A stretch of 53,420 bases of DNA from the NCBI GenBank assembly GCA_039799905.1, contig JBDLRP010000003.1, forward strand, positions 1-53,420, in the 5' to 3' direction. The stretch comes from Pseudomonadota bacterium (GTDB lineage: Bacteria; Bdellovibrionota_B; Oligoflexia; Silvanigrellales; Silvanigrellaceae). The notes below the pieces were generated by a model. That model did not search any database and was not told the DNA's origin. It saw only the letters and a list, made by a program, of their open reading frames with translations. Positions 20,378 to 29,090 of this stretch are shown piece after piece; positions within the stretch are counted from its first letter, which is position 1; every line of letters begins with the position of its first letter. The translations under genes were made by a program, and so were the position numbers.

Positions 20378-21459
20378 TTACTGTTAATTTTTTAACTTTT
20401 GCCGCTGCATTCGTTCTGTTTCAGTCGTGTATCTCGTCGCCAACAGCTCAGATGACAAAATCCGCCCTGGAAGCAAAAGCGTCGGCGACAGACGAATCGC
20501 AAATGCGGATTGTGACAAAAACCTATGAACTGCGCCCGTCGCTGCCCGAGCGTCTCCAGCAGTTTTCGTCCGAGCCGAAGTCGGTTGACATCCCGACCGG
20601 TGAAAAAAAGAGCGCTGCTGATTCTGCGACATCGTCTGAAATTTCAGCTGCGTTAGTGAAGAACCCCGCCTCTATGAGGCAGGCCATAGTTTTAATGCTG
20701 CGTTCGGAGCGCTGGCAGGATTTGCTGGATGAATCAGCCAATGATTGGAACCGCTGTCTTTCGGAAGGTGAATTGAGCAGTGAAAGGTGTCGCACGTTGG
20801 GTCATGTGCGTGCCGTTGCGTTTACTCGGCTCGGGCATTTGCGCGATGCTTTGTTACTTTATGAAACACTTTCATCTCAGCAGCTGACATCTCAGGATGC
20901 CTTGATTTTTGCGGGACTTTTATATGATGCGGGAAGCGCCAGGCTGTGTGCACGTCTTGCCGGCATTGGTTTGCAATGGGATCCGGCTGATCACCGTTCT
21001 GAACTTTTTGCGCTGCAGGCGAAGTGTCTTCGCTTGGATGGTCAGGCAGAGCAGGCTCGCACCACAGTGACACGCGCTCTTGGCGAGTATCCAGACTTGC
21101 CTTCGCTGAAAGTTGAGTCGGCGTTGTTGTTTTTAAGTGAGAGAAATTTGACGCAGGGATGCGAACTTCTGGAGCGATTGTATCTGCAGGAATTTAGGGA
21201 TGTTGCTGTATTCTATAACTGGGGAAAGTGTCTTGTCGGACGACGCGACAGCGCTTCGGCGCGTAACGTATTGAAAAATGCCCGCACGCACTGGCCCTCG
21301 GAACGGCTCTGGTTGTTGCTTTCAGGCGAGGTGTCGTTTCTCGAGGGCAACGCAAACGCGGCCCGACGTGATGGATTGGATTATTTGGCGGCAGCACCTG
21401 CCGGCGATATTTTTCGTCCTTACGCGGAACGTCTGATTCGCAACGCTCAAGGGGAATGA
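20374..21459 (+). CDS. TPR-repeat lipoprotein
   Basis: Lipobox-like LFQSC after a hydrophobic stretch and several TPR-like helical pairs (AKCLRLDGQAEQAR, FYNWGKCLV). Confidence 0.7.
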   Translation: MITVNFLTFAAAFVLFQSCISSPTAQMTKSALEAKASATDESQMRIVTKTYELRPSLPERLQQFSSEPKSVDIPTGEKKSAADSATSSEISAALVKNPASMRQAIVLMLRSERWQDLLDESANDWNRCLSEGELSSERCRTLGHVRAVAFTRLGHLRDALLLYETLSSQQLTSQDALIFAGLLYDAGSARLCARLAGIGLQWDPADHRSELFALQAKCLRLDGQAEQARTTVTRALGEYPDLPSLKVESALLFLSERNLTQGCELLERLYLQEFRDVAVFYNWGKCLVGRRDSASARNVLKNARTHWPSERLWLLLSGEVSFLEGNANAARRDGLDYLAAAPAGDIFRPYAERLIRNAQGE

Positions 21460-22073
21460 TGATGTTTCAACGCAAGAATACGATGGATCCAGGGCCACGA
21501 AGCAGTGGCTTTCAGTCGATTCCTCCCATGAGCCGTCCGCCGACCAAGGTCTATGATCGAGACAGCAACGTGCTTGTTGTTGATGAGTCAGATGAGGTTC
21601 TGCGTTTTGTCAAGATTCACCTCAACCGATATTTTTCTCACGTCCATGCTGCCAGAAGTGTCGCTGACGCGTTGGCTCATCTCAAGCAAAAGACCATTCA
21701 GGTGATCATTGCTGATGCTGCGCCCGCAAAAAAGAGCAATGCCGATTTCTTGAAAAAGCTTGCCTCCAATTGGAGACAGGTACCTGTCGTGTTGACCGAA
21801 GGCGAGGATCACGGCGACGTCAAGGTCGACCAGTTTCCTCACGTGGTGGTCGTAGACGTCGTGCGCAAACCGTTTGAATTAGATTCGTTTCACATCGCAA
21901 TTCGCAGGTCGATTGCCATTGCCAAGTCATTGCGTCAATTATCTGACACCCTCCCGCCGAAAGCACCTATCGGTGAAACAGTCCGCAACGCTCCGGAGGG
22001 TGAGCTGTCTGAAACGGTTAAGCCGCTTGTGTTGGATATCCGCAAGAAGCTTACCGAAGAGATTGTTGATTAA
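21456..22073 (+). CDS. Response-regulator receiver (REC) domain protein without a recognisable DNA-binding domain
   Basis: VLVVDE acidic pair, IIAD phospho-acceptor position, VVLT and RKPF motifs, followed by a short C-terminal helical extension. Confidence 0.75.
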   Translation: MMMFQRKNTMDPGPRSSGFQSIPPMSRPPTKVYDRDSNVLVVDESDEVLRFVKIHLNRYFSHVHAARSVADALAHLKQKTIQVIIADAAPAKKSNADFLKKLASNWRQVPVVLTEGEDHGDVKVDQFPHVVVVDVVRKPFELDSFHIAIRRSIAIAKSLRQLSDTLPPKAPIGETVRNAPEGELSETVKPLVLDIRKKLTEEIVD

Positions 22074-22229
22074 CCTGTAAGGATTACTGGGAAAACTTTC
22101 AGCTTCATACCAATTCGCCGCATACAGGCACGCTTCACTGTGACAATCTCCCTGTACCTCGAACGATCCGGTGGAAGCCGGTCGCTTCGTAGATTCATTG
22201 TGTCGTTGGGGACCGCAGGAGGTTTTTAC

Positions 22230-22532
22230 ATGGGTCGCAAATTGTATGTCGGTAATCTTCCCTTCAGCAGTACGGATCACGATTTGTTTAGCGTCTTTAG
22301 TGAGCACGGTACGGTGATGAGTGCACGGGTGGTCATCGATCGAGAAACGGGTCGCAGCAAAGGGTTCGCCTTTGTTGAAATGGGCTCCGACGACGAAGCG
22401 TTCCGAGCAGCTCAGCAGCTCAATGGTAAATCGTTTATGGGTCGTCCGCTCACGGTCAACGAGGCTCGACCGCGCGAATTCGACCCCTCTAGAATCAGAC
22501 ACACACGCAGCGAAGGTCCACTGCGATTCTAA
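22230..22532 (+). CDS. RRM (RNP-1) RNA-binding protein
   Basis: RNP2 KLYVGNL, RNP1 KGFAFVEM and GRPLTVNEARPR motifs. AGGAGG lies upstream of ATG 22230. Confidence 0.95.
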   Translation: MGRKLYVGNLPFSSTDHDLFSVFSEHGTVMSARVVIDRETGRSKGFAFVEMGSDDEAFRAAQQLNGKSFMGRPLTVNEARPREFDPSRIRHTRSEGPLRF

Positions 22533-22560
22533 GATTCATCGATTGCAGGTACGAGCTCTG

Positions 22561-22597
22561 GACTGCATCTCGTTAGAGTTTTGCAGTTCTTTTTTTT
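22561..22597 (+). terminator. Probable intrinsic terminator of the RRM gene
   Basis: ACTGCA...TGCAGT stem with an inner CTC-GTTA-GAG hairpin, followed by a T8 tract, between convergent genes. Confidence 0.5.
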
Positions 22598-23486
22598 ACT
22601 TGCTTGGCTGAGTGGGCTGGCCTGCGAGTGACATAGCTCTTTGCATTTCTTCAAAAGTTGGCGTGTGTTCGAATGTGTCGCGTTGAGTGAGGTCAACTCC
22701 CTCGAGCCACTGCCGTGTCGCAGCGCTAACCATCCACAAACCGAACATCGCTGGCATGTATGAGATGGTTCCCAGCATCACCCGCTTGTGCTGACATGCG
22801 CCGAACTGTTTTTCGATCGTTGGACAAATGCAGTGCCACTCTGTTCCTGGAACAGCCTGTTCGGGATCAATCGGCATTTCAGTGCTGAAGACGGTTGGGA
22901 TGCCTTCATTGATGCCCCGCTCGCGGAGCTTTGTGCGGACCTGTTTTGCGAATGGGTCAACTTTGGTTTCGGAGATGTCTGAGATTCGTATTTGTGCGGG
23001 ATCCAGCCGGCTAGCTGCACCCATCGAACTGATCACGGGAATTTTTGACTGGACGCAGCGTTCAAGGAGATCGACTTTAGGGGCGAGCGTGTCGATACAG
23101 TCCATAACGAGGTCGACAGGCTGGCCCGCAAGTCGAGCAGCTTCATCGAGCAGGGCATGACCTTTTTCCGGATGGTGATGCTCCGCAATTGGAAAGACTT
23201 CGAGCAGCGGATTGATGCGGCGCAGACGCTCTGCCATGAGGTCAACTTTTTTCTCGCCAACGGTGTCAGTGAATGCGTGCAGCTGACGGTTGACGTTTGT
23301 GACGCAAACTTCATCGTGATCCACGAGCGTGATTTTACCGACCGCGGCGCGTGCGAGTCCCTCGGCCACGAAACTTCCGACTCCACCCACACCAAAAATG
23401 ACGACGTGCTTTCCACGGTAGCGATTGAGGCCTTCGCGGCCCACCAAGAGTTCGAGTCTGCTGAAGCGGTGGTTTTTGAAGGCCAT
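22596..23486 (-). CDS. tcdA: tRNA threonylcarbamoyladenosine dehydratase (ThiF/E1-like)
   Basis: RFSRLELLVG, VFGVGGVGS, TNVNRQLHA, SSMGAA..DP, VFSTE, CICP..C and GTISYMPAMFG motifs. Confidence 0.92.
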   Translation of the reverse strand: MAFKNHRFSRLELLVGREGLNRYRGKHVVIFGVGGVGSFVAEGLARAAVGKITLVDHDEVCVTNVNRQLHAFTDTVGEKKVDLMAERLRRINPLLEVFPIAEHHHPEKGHALLDEAARLAGQPVDLVMDCIDTLAPKVDLLERCVQSKIPVISSMGAASRLDPAQIRISDISETKVDPFAKQVRTKLRERGINEGIPTVFSTEMPIDPEQAVPGTEWHCICPTIEKQFGACQHKRVMLGTISYMPAMFGLWMVSAATRQWLEGVDLTQRDTFEHTPTFEEMQRAMSLAGQPTQPSK

Positions 23487-23659
23487 GCGAGTCTCCTCTC
23501 AATATTCTGACTTGGCGCGCATACCTGAAGAATCCGCCCTACTCAACGGCACAATCAGGGGGCGTATAAAAGTGTCTAAATATTGGTCAACTCTTCCTGA
23601 TTTGTAGATTTATTTTTCACTCCAGACGAACAACACCTCAATTTTTATGGGTATTTAGG

Positions 23660-23675
23660 TGGCATGTCGTTTGCT
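23660..23675 (+). promoter_or_regulatory. Sigma54 (RpoN)-type -24/-12 promoter
   Basis: TGGCATGTCGTTTGCT matches the TGGCACG-N4-TTGCW consensus with exact GG-N10-GC spacing. It sits about 56 nt upstream of ATG 23732 and is preceded by AT-rich DNA. Confidence 0.7.
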
Positions 23676-23731
23676 TTATCTTGCTCGGAAAGATCCGGCC
23701 GCAACCGGACGCTTTTTTTGGGGAGCACGAT

Positions 23732-24631
23732 ATGGGCATGTTGAAATACCTTGGCTTGTTTTTTGTGGTGGGAGCCTGCACCTCAACTCAGCCCGAGCGC
23801 AGCGACCTTCAGGACGGCGCATTCCTTGCCGCTTCTTACAACAGAGAACGGGACGAACTCGATGCCACCCTGCGTTCGGTCGATGAATCGGCTGGCGAAG
23901 GCAGCCTGCAAAACATTGTTAGAAAAGATTTTTATCTTCCTCCGCAGCAGCTGCGTGGACTCAATAAACGTGCCGAAGCCGCTCGGCTCAAATTGTCCCA
24001 ACAGAGCGTGGCCGACGCCGATTCACTGCGGGTTCTTGCCATCGAGGCGATTGTCGAGGGCCGTCCCGAGCAGGTTCAGGGCTTTGTGAGTCTTGCAAAA
24101 TCAAAACGGGCGAGGAGAAACCTGACTGGCGATGATCAGTTGCTGCTGGGGATTGCCTCATTCATGTTGGGTGACACCCTGGCTGCCAAGCGCCTGCTGA
24201 CTGAAGCGGCTGGTTCGCCGTCCGTCTCCTCGATTGCAAAAGCCAACATGGGTCTCATCGCCATGCGTCATGGTTCGTTTGTCGAGGCACTCGAGATGTT
24301 TACTCAGGCGGAATCCGCTGAGCCCAAGAATTCGCGGTATATGCATATGGTTGCTGAGTCGGCCCACATGGCCCGCAAGCATTCGCGATCAGTTGAAGTG
24401 TACAGAAAAATCATCGCGCGCGACCCGAATGATTTTCTGGCCCGCTACAATCTTGGACTGGTTTATCACTATGGCTTGAGAAAATACGCCGAGGCTAGAC
24501 GCGAGTTTATGTTTGTGATGGATCATCCGCGCGCTCCCCGAGACATGAAGATCCTCTCCGACGGGGCATTTGCAACTGCCCGCCGAGAGGAAGAAGGTTT
24601 TCAGGGGATTGCGACAACCGGATTTCAGTAA
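23732..24631 (+). CDS. TPR-repeat lipoprotein
   Basis: Lipobox VVGAC after a hydrophobic stretch and clear TPRs (KANMGLIAMRHGSFVEALEMFTQA, ARYNLGLVYHYGLRKYAEARREF). GGGAG lies upstream of ATG 23732. Confidence 0.8.
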   Translation: MGMLKYLGLFFVVGACTSTQPERSDLQDGAFLAASYNRERDELDATLRSVDESAGEGSLQNIVRKDFYLPPQQLRGLNKRAEAARLKLSQQSVADADSLRVLAIEAIVEGRPEQVQGFVSLAKSKRARRNLTGDDQLLLGIASFMLGDTLAAKRLLTEAAGSPSVSSIAKANMGLIAMRHGSFVEALEMFTQAESAEPKNSRYMHMVAESAHMARKHSRSVEVYRKIIARDPNDFLARYNLGLVYHYGLRKYAEARREFMFVMDHPRAPRDMKILSDGAFATARREEEGFQGIATTGFQ

Positions 24632-25755
24632 GACTTGCTGTCGAGTTTATTCCAAGGAAAAAATTGGCTTCCGCCGCGCGGTGGCTGGTTGATGTCATCG
24701 GCTGTGGCATAAGGCATGCATTCGACGCCCGAGAAATACTCACGCCATGCGCTCTCTTTGCTGAATAGACTTTTGCTCATTTCGTGGCAGCGGGATGTTT
24801 GATCGTTGAGTGCGAATTCGCGTTGCATCCGAACTTTCAGACCCACCGCAAGCGAACCGTCGCGAAAGACGGGTACCAACTTTTCCGCATTCCAATCGAC
24901 AATCGTTTTGCCTCCTGCGAGAAATTTGCCCTGCAGGCTTTCGAAATCTTTTCCAAGCTGGGCAGCCAAATCCCTTGCCGTGCGCAGCTGGGGCGGAATG
25001 ACGTAGGGATTGATTTCCATGATGCGCGCAGAAGCCTCTGCCAACAGTGCGCCGACGATAATCTCGCCTTGGCTGGCACTCTTGCGCGCATCGTTCATAA
25101 GCCTGTCAGGAGTTCTGCCATCGTAGGTCCAGCGTTGAACCTGCAGATGAACAAGACCGGGAGGGTTCTTGGCACCGTTCTGGCCGACTGCTGTCTTTGC
25201 GAACAGAGCCAGTAGTTTTGTTTGGTGCGAGCCTGTGAAGGCTGAATACTGAACGGCAAACTGGTGAAGCGGGCCGTAAACTGGCTGGATGCCTGTATCG
25301 CCGCATTGAACGAGTCTTCCTGGCTCCGCACTCGTGCCAAGGTTCAGTTCCCACATCCAATTGCGCTGGAGTTTCGCTCTGCGCAGGTCAAATTCAAGCA
25401 ACGTTCCCTCGAAGATTTTAACAGCCTCTTCCCGCTTTTTTAGCAAAGCAGGACTGACGATACTGGAAAAGATGTCGGCGTCGGCACGAAAAAATGCGCG
25501 TTCAAAATCTTCGAGGACTTTGGCAAGCTCCGCCTGTATTTCATTGCCGGCGTTTTTTGTGCTGATGTTGAGCGGCACCGAACGACATGTCACCTGCGCG
25601 CTGGCGCTTGGTGCGGGAGTTTGTGCAGGTATTTGTGCGCGGGTCTGAGCAGACATCAGAACGGGCAAAAGAAAAGGCAAGGCACAAAGTCCTTGCCATC
25701 CCGTACCTATGCTGCCAGCGACCCGATGAAGAAAAGTCTGAGCGCGCTGGGTCAT
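24625..25755 (-). CDS. Secreted hypothetical protein
   Basis: 376-aa ORF with a signal-peptide-like region (..AQTRA), in the same orientation as and 16 nt after the ParA partner gene. Confidence 0.6.
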   Translation of the reverse strand: MTQRAQTFLHRVAGSIGTGWQGLCALPFLLPVLMSAQTRAQIPAQTPAPSASAQVTCRSVPLNISTKNAGNEIQAELAKVLEDFERAFFRADADIFSSIVSPALLKKREEAVKIFEGTLLEFDLRRAKLQRNWMWELNLGTSAEPGRLVQCGDTGIQPVYGPLHQFAVQYSAFTGSHQTKLLALFAKTAVGQNGAKNPPGLVHLQVQRWTYDGRTPDRLMNDARKSASQGEIIVGALLAEASARIMEINPYVIPPQLRTARDLAAQLGKDFESLQGKFLAGGKTIVDWNAEKLVPVFRDGSLAVGLKVRMQREFALNDQTSRCHEMSKSLFSKESAWREYFSGVECMPYATADDINQPPRGGSQFFPWNKLDSKSY

Positions 25756-25771
25756 CGGAAGATCCTTTGTC

Positions 25772-26806
25772 TTAGTGTGAACTCCCCGCTGGTTCAGGGA
25801 TCGAAATCATCTCCTGCATGGTAGCTGCGCCGTCGGCAGTTGCAAATGCTCCCGCACGCGCCGATGAGCCGCGCAGTGGTAGAGCCATTGTCGGATCCGA
25901 GTTGAGTGTCTGTGCCAGATGGTTCAAGTGTCCCGCAATATTCTGGCAGGCCGCGGCAATCTGCCATCGCTGGGCTTGGTTGAGACTCTCGAAAGATGTT
26001 CCGTGCTGGATGACTTCTTGCTTGAGGAGCTCGAGCATTTTCAGCAGCCTGCCCGAGCGCCGAGATGCGCTGACTGAATTTCCGGCACCCTCTCCCACCA
26101 GCTGCGTCGAAATGATTTCCTTGACCCGCGAGCGAATCGTCTTGACGCTCAGGGGAGATGGAGAATTGAGAAATTCAATCCGCGCCTCGGCTGGCAGAGG
26201 AAGGAGTGCTTTGAAGTGCTCAAAGCCGAAATCCGTCCGTTGATGTGACGTCACATCAAATTCGGTCGCCACTCGGATGTATTGGTTGGCGGTCGTGTAG
26301 TTCATTTCGAGAGTCGTGTCGCAGAATTCCGCCCACCCCAGTTTGTTGGTTTCATAGAAACGGTTCTTTGCTTCAGCGAGGAGCTTTCCCTTCAGGATGA
26401 ATGCCTCGGTCTGGATGGCGTCGAGGCGGCGCAGGAACTGCGCATAATCTTGCTCCTGCCACATGTCACGGGCCGGCCGCATGGTTTCGAAATTGTACTG
26501 AACTTGCATGATTTTGTCGCTCGGTGCGTCTTCCATGACAGTCACCGCCGATTCTTCCATGACAATCACCGGTGCTTCTTCCATAACCGTCGCTGTCGCT
26601 TCTTCCATAATCATCATCGGCGGGACTTGCTTGGGCATCGGCGGAGGAGCCAGACGTTCTGGTGGAAGTTTTGGTTTGGATGGCATTGGTCGGGACGGTT
26701 GGTCTTTGCGCGGCATTGGAACCGGTGTTTTGGGTCGCGAGGGTGTGCTGACCGGTGCTTCAGTGCTGGCAAAAAGTCCACGCAATGGTTTCTTTGGCTT
26801 GTTCAT
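25772..26806 (-). CDS. ParA-associated protein with a DUF3102-like/ParB-HTH-like domain
   Basis: Starts 15 nt after the parA stop with an AGGAG upstream. Basic N-terminal peptide and Pro-rich linker, then GKLLAEAK..GWAEFC..LEMNYTTANQYIRVA and HFKALLPLP..LSVKTIR. Confidence 0.65.
   Translation of the reverse strand: MNKPKKPLRGLFASTEAPVSTPSRPKTPVPMPRKDQPSRPMPSKPKLPPERLAPPPMPKQVPPMMIMEEATATVMEEAPVIVMEESAVTVMEDAPSDKIMQVQYNFETMRPARDMWQEQDYAQFLRRLDAIQTEAFILKGKLLAEAKNRFYETNKLGWAEFCDTTLEMNYTTANQYIRVATEFDVTSHQRTDFGFEHFKALLPLPAEARIEFLNSPSPLSVKTIRSRVKEIISTQLVGEGAGNSVSASRRSGRLLKMLELLKQEVIQHGTSFESLNQAQRWQIAAACQNIAGHLNHLAQTLNSDPTMALPLRGSSARAGAFATADGAATMQEMISIPEPAGSSH
26529..26624. repeat. Intragenic tandem repeat, 4 x 24 nt, encoding 8-aa units with a (V/I)ME(E/D) core
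   Basis: Units start with TCTTCCAT at 26529, 26553, 26577 and 26601. Confidence 0.85.
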
Positions 26807-26821
26807 AGTTGAAAAGTCTCC

Positions 26822-27790
26822 TCAGGCTCGTGAAGTTTTGGTTGTTGTTTTTTTCGATTGAGGTGCGGTGGCTTTTCCGCGTGCTGTTGATGCAACCGCG
26901 GATGCTTTGCACTGTGCGGTGATTTCGCGGGAAAGCTGCAGGTAGTCTTCGCTGCCTGTGCATTGTGCATCATAGTACATCACCGGCTTTCTCAATCGTG
27001 TTGCCTCGGTGAGTTTCACGTTTTGTCTGACAACTGTTTTGTGAACACGGCCACGCAGACTTGGAATTGCGCAGACTTCGTCGACGATCTCACGTGAAAT
27101 CTTGGTGCGCGGGTCAAACATCGTGACGATCACGCCAGAAATTTTGAGGTCAGGGTTGAGCTCCTGCTGAACTAGCTCAATGGTCTCGAGCAGAAGATGC
27201 AATCCATCGAGAGCGAATGGATGAGACTGCATCGCGATTTGCACCTCACCGGCTGCGTTGAGGGCATTGACGGACAGCAGTCCCAGTGAAGGAGGGGTGT
27301 CAATCAGGATGTAGTCGTAATGCGGCCGCACCAGAGCAATGGCCTTTTTGAGTCGGTTCTCCCGACCGATTTCACTTGCCGCACGGCTTTCGAATTCGGA
27401 CAACTCGATCGAACCGGGGGCGACGTGCAGGTTGGCGTAAGGGGATTCCAAGATCACATCGGCAAGGGTGTGGTTCTTAGGTTCGAGCAGCACGTCGCAA
27501 ATCGTTTCCTCGATCTCGTTGAGGTCTAGCCCGAGGCCCTGCGTCGCGTTGCACTGGGAATCGAGGTCAATCACCAAGACCCGCTGGTTCATGGCTGCAA
27601 GTACCGCGGCGATGTTGATGACCGATGTGGTTTTACCGCACCCGCCTTTTTGATTGCAGATGGCGATAATTCGTGATGTTTTGGGCGCCTCGGCCGGTTT
27701 GATTTTCAGACCGTGGGCAATTGCTTTGCCGGTTCGGCCTGCTGGTTTTGCGGCTGCACCTGCACGTTTGGCTTTGGGGGCTGAGGCCAT
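26822..27790 (-). CDS. parA: ParA/Soj family ATPase with Lys/Ala-rich N- and C-terminal tails
   Basis: Deviant Walker A NQKGGCGKTT, VLVIDLDSQCNAT, IDTPPSLG and TMFDPRT motifs. GAGGAG lies upstream of ATG. Confidence 0.92.
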   Translation of the reverse strand: MASAPKAKRAGAAAKPAGRTGKAIAHGLKIKPAEAPKTSRIIAICNQKGGCGKTTSVINIAAVLAAMNQRVLVIDLDSQCNATQGLGLDLNEIEETICDVLLEPKNHTLADVILESPYANLHVAPGSIELSEFESRAASEIGRENRLKKAIALVRPHYDYILIDTPPSLGLLSVNALNAAGEVQIAMQSHPFALDGLHLLLETIELVQQELNPDLKISGVIVTMFDPRTKISREIVDEVCAIPSLRGRVHKTVVRQNVKLTEATRLRKPVMYYDAQCTGSEDYLQLSREITAQCKASAVASTARGKATAPQSKKTTTKTSRA

Positions 27791-27956
27791 GGCTGACTCC
27801 TCGGGTAAAGGTGGCTTTCATTGCGAAATCATTCGCACTTCCACTTTGCCGCAGAACGGCAGATTTTGCCGCACCGAGGAGGCGCAACTCGTGAGAATTT
27901 TATAACTTTTGGGACTGAAGCGTCAGAATTTTGACACGTCCCATGGAGGCAACCTG

Positions 27957-29051
27957 ATGCTGCGCGGAGTTTTGGCGACCTGTCGGTCCGGATTTGAGAA
28001 GGAATGCGCGGCTGAGTTGAGCGATTGTGCCAAGCAGGCAGGATTGACCGGCTATCCGCAAACCAAACCCGACAGCGGGTTCTGTGTTTTTCACTTTCAT
28101 GAGCCAGTCGGCGAACGAGTCTTCTCACTTTTTACCTGGACGAATCTGGTTTTTGCCCGCAGCATTTTTTGTTTGCCGCAGGGAATTCTGCAGGTGCCCG
28201 AGGACGACCGCGTGACACCCATCATCGAATCGATGTCATTGTGGGCAAAGCCCTTGCTGAAGTTCTCAAGAATGATTGCCGATTCGCCGGACGCAGAGTC
28301 GGGTCGTGAATTGTCGGCTTTTTGCAAATCCTTCTCCAAGCCGATGGCGCGCACGCTTGCAAAGAACGGTTTGGGTTCTGCGTTGTGGGAAGGAACTTCG
28401 GACGCCGCAGCCGGTGGCCGCTGTCTGCATGTCTTCTTTATCGACTATTCCAACGTCTACGTGGGAATTTCCGAAAGCGCCCAGAACAGTTCTTGGCCGC
28501 GCGGAATTGCGAGACTGCGTTTTCCCTCGGATGCTCCGAGCCGTTCGACGCTCAAGCTTGAGGAAGCCTTTTTGACGTTTATGTCTGAGGATGAGCGTGC
28601 CTCCGCACTTTCGCCGGCGCGCCGCGCGGTTGATTTGGGAGCTTGTCCGGGCGGTTGGACCTACCAGTTTGTCAAACGCGGTGTGCGCACGATGGCCGTC
28701 GACAACGGTGCGATGGATGAGCGTCTGATGGAGAGCGGACTTGTTGAGCATCTGCGAGTCGATGGGTTCAAATTTTCACCGCCGCGTCCAGTTGATTGGA
28801 TGGTCTGCGATATGGTCGAACAGCCGCGGCGGGTCGCTGAATTGGCCTTGCGGTGGTGGGTGAGCCAGTCCGCCCGCCGGTTGATCTTCAATCTGAAACT
28901 TCCCATGAAGAAGCGCTGGCAAGAGGTTTCCGAAATTAAGGAGCTGCTTGCGGATGAGCTGAAAAAATGTGGCCGGCCTTATCGGCTGAACATCAAGCAT
29001 CTTTATCACGACCGCGAGGAAGTGACTGTTTACCTCGGTCCCAACGGCTGA
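27957..29051 (+). CDS. rlmM: 23S rRNA (C2498-2'-O)-methyltransferase
   Basis: CRSGFEKECAAE, APSRSTLKLEEA, AVDLGACPGGWT, VDWMVCDMVE, FNLKLPMKKR and HLYHDREEVT motifs. GGAGG lies upstream of ATG 27957. Confidence 0.95.
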   Translation: MLRGVLATCRSGFEKECAAELSDCAKQAGLTGYPQTKPDSGFCVFHFHEPVGERVFSLFTWTNLVFARSIFCLPQGILQVPEDDRVTPIIESMSLWAKPLLKFSRMIADSPDAESGRELSAFCKSFSKPMARTLAKNGLGSALWEGTSDAAAGGRCLHVFFIDYSNVYVGISESAQNSSWPRGIARLRFPSDAPSRSTLKLEEAFLTFMSEDERASALSPARRAVDLGACPGGWTYQFVKRGVRTMAVDNGAMDERLMESGLVEHLRVDGFKFSPPRPVDWMVCDMVEQPRRVAELALRWWVSQSARRLIFNLKLPMKKRWQEVSEIKELLADELKKCGRPYRLNIKHLYHDREEVTVYLGPNG

Positions 29052-29090
29052 ACGCAAACGCTGCGTGAATGCCAATTTGCGGAAAGATAT

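Noticed and set aside
22596..23486. ThiF/E1-like gene as part of a ubiquitin-like anti-phage system
   Set aside because: Motifs match housekeeping TcdA, and there is no E2, JAB or CD-NTase neighbour.
26529..26624. Regularly spaced repeats resembling a mini-CRISPR
   Set aside because: The 24-nt in-frame coding period has no unique spacers, and there are no cas genes.
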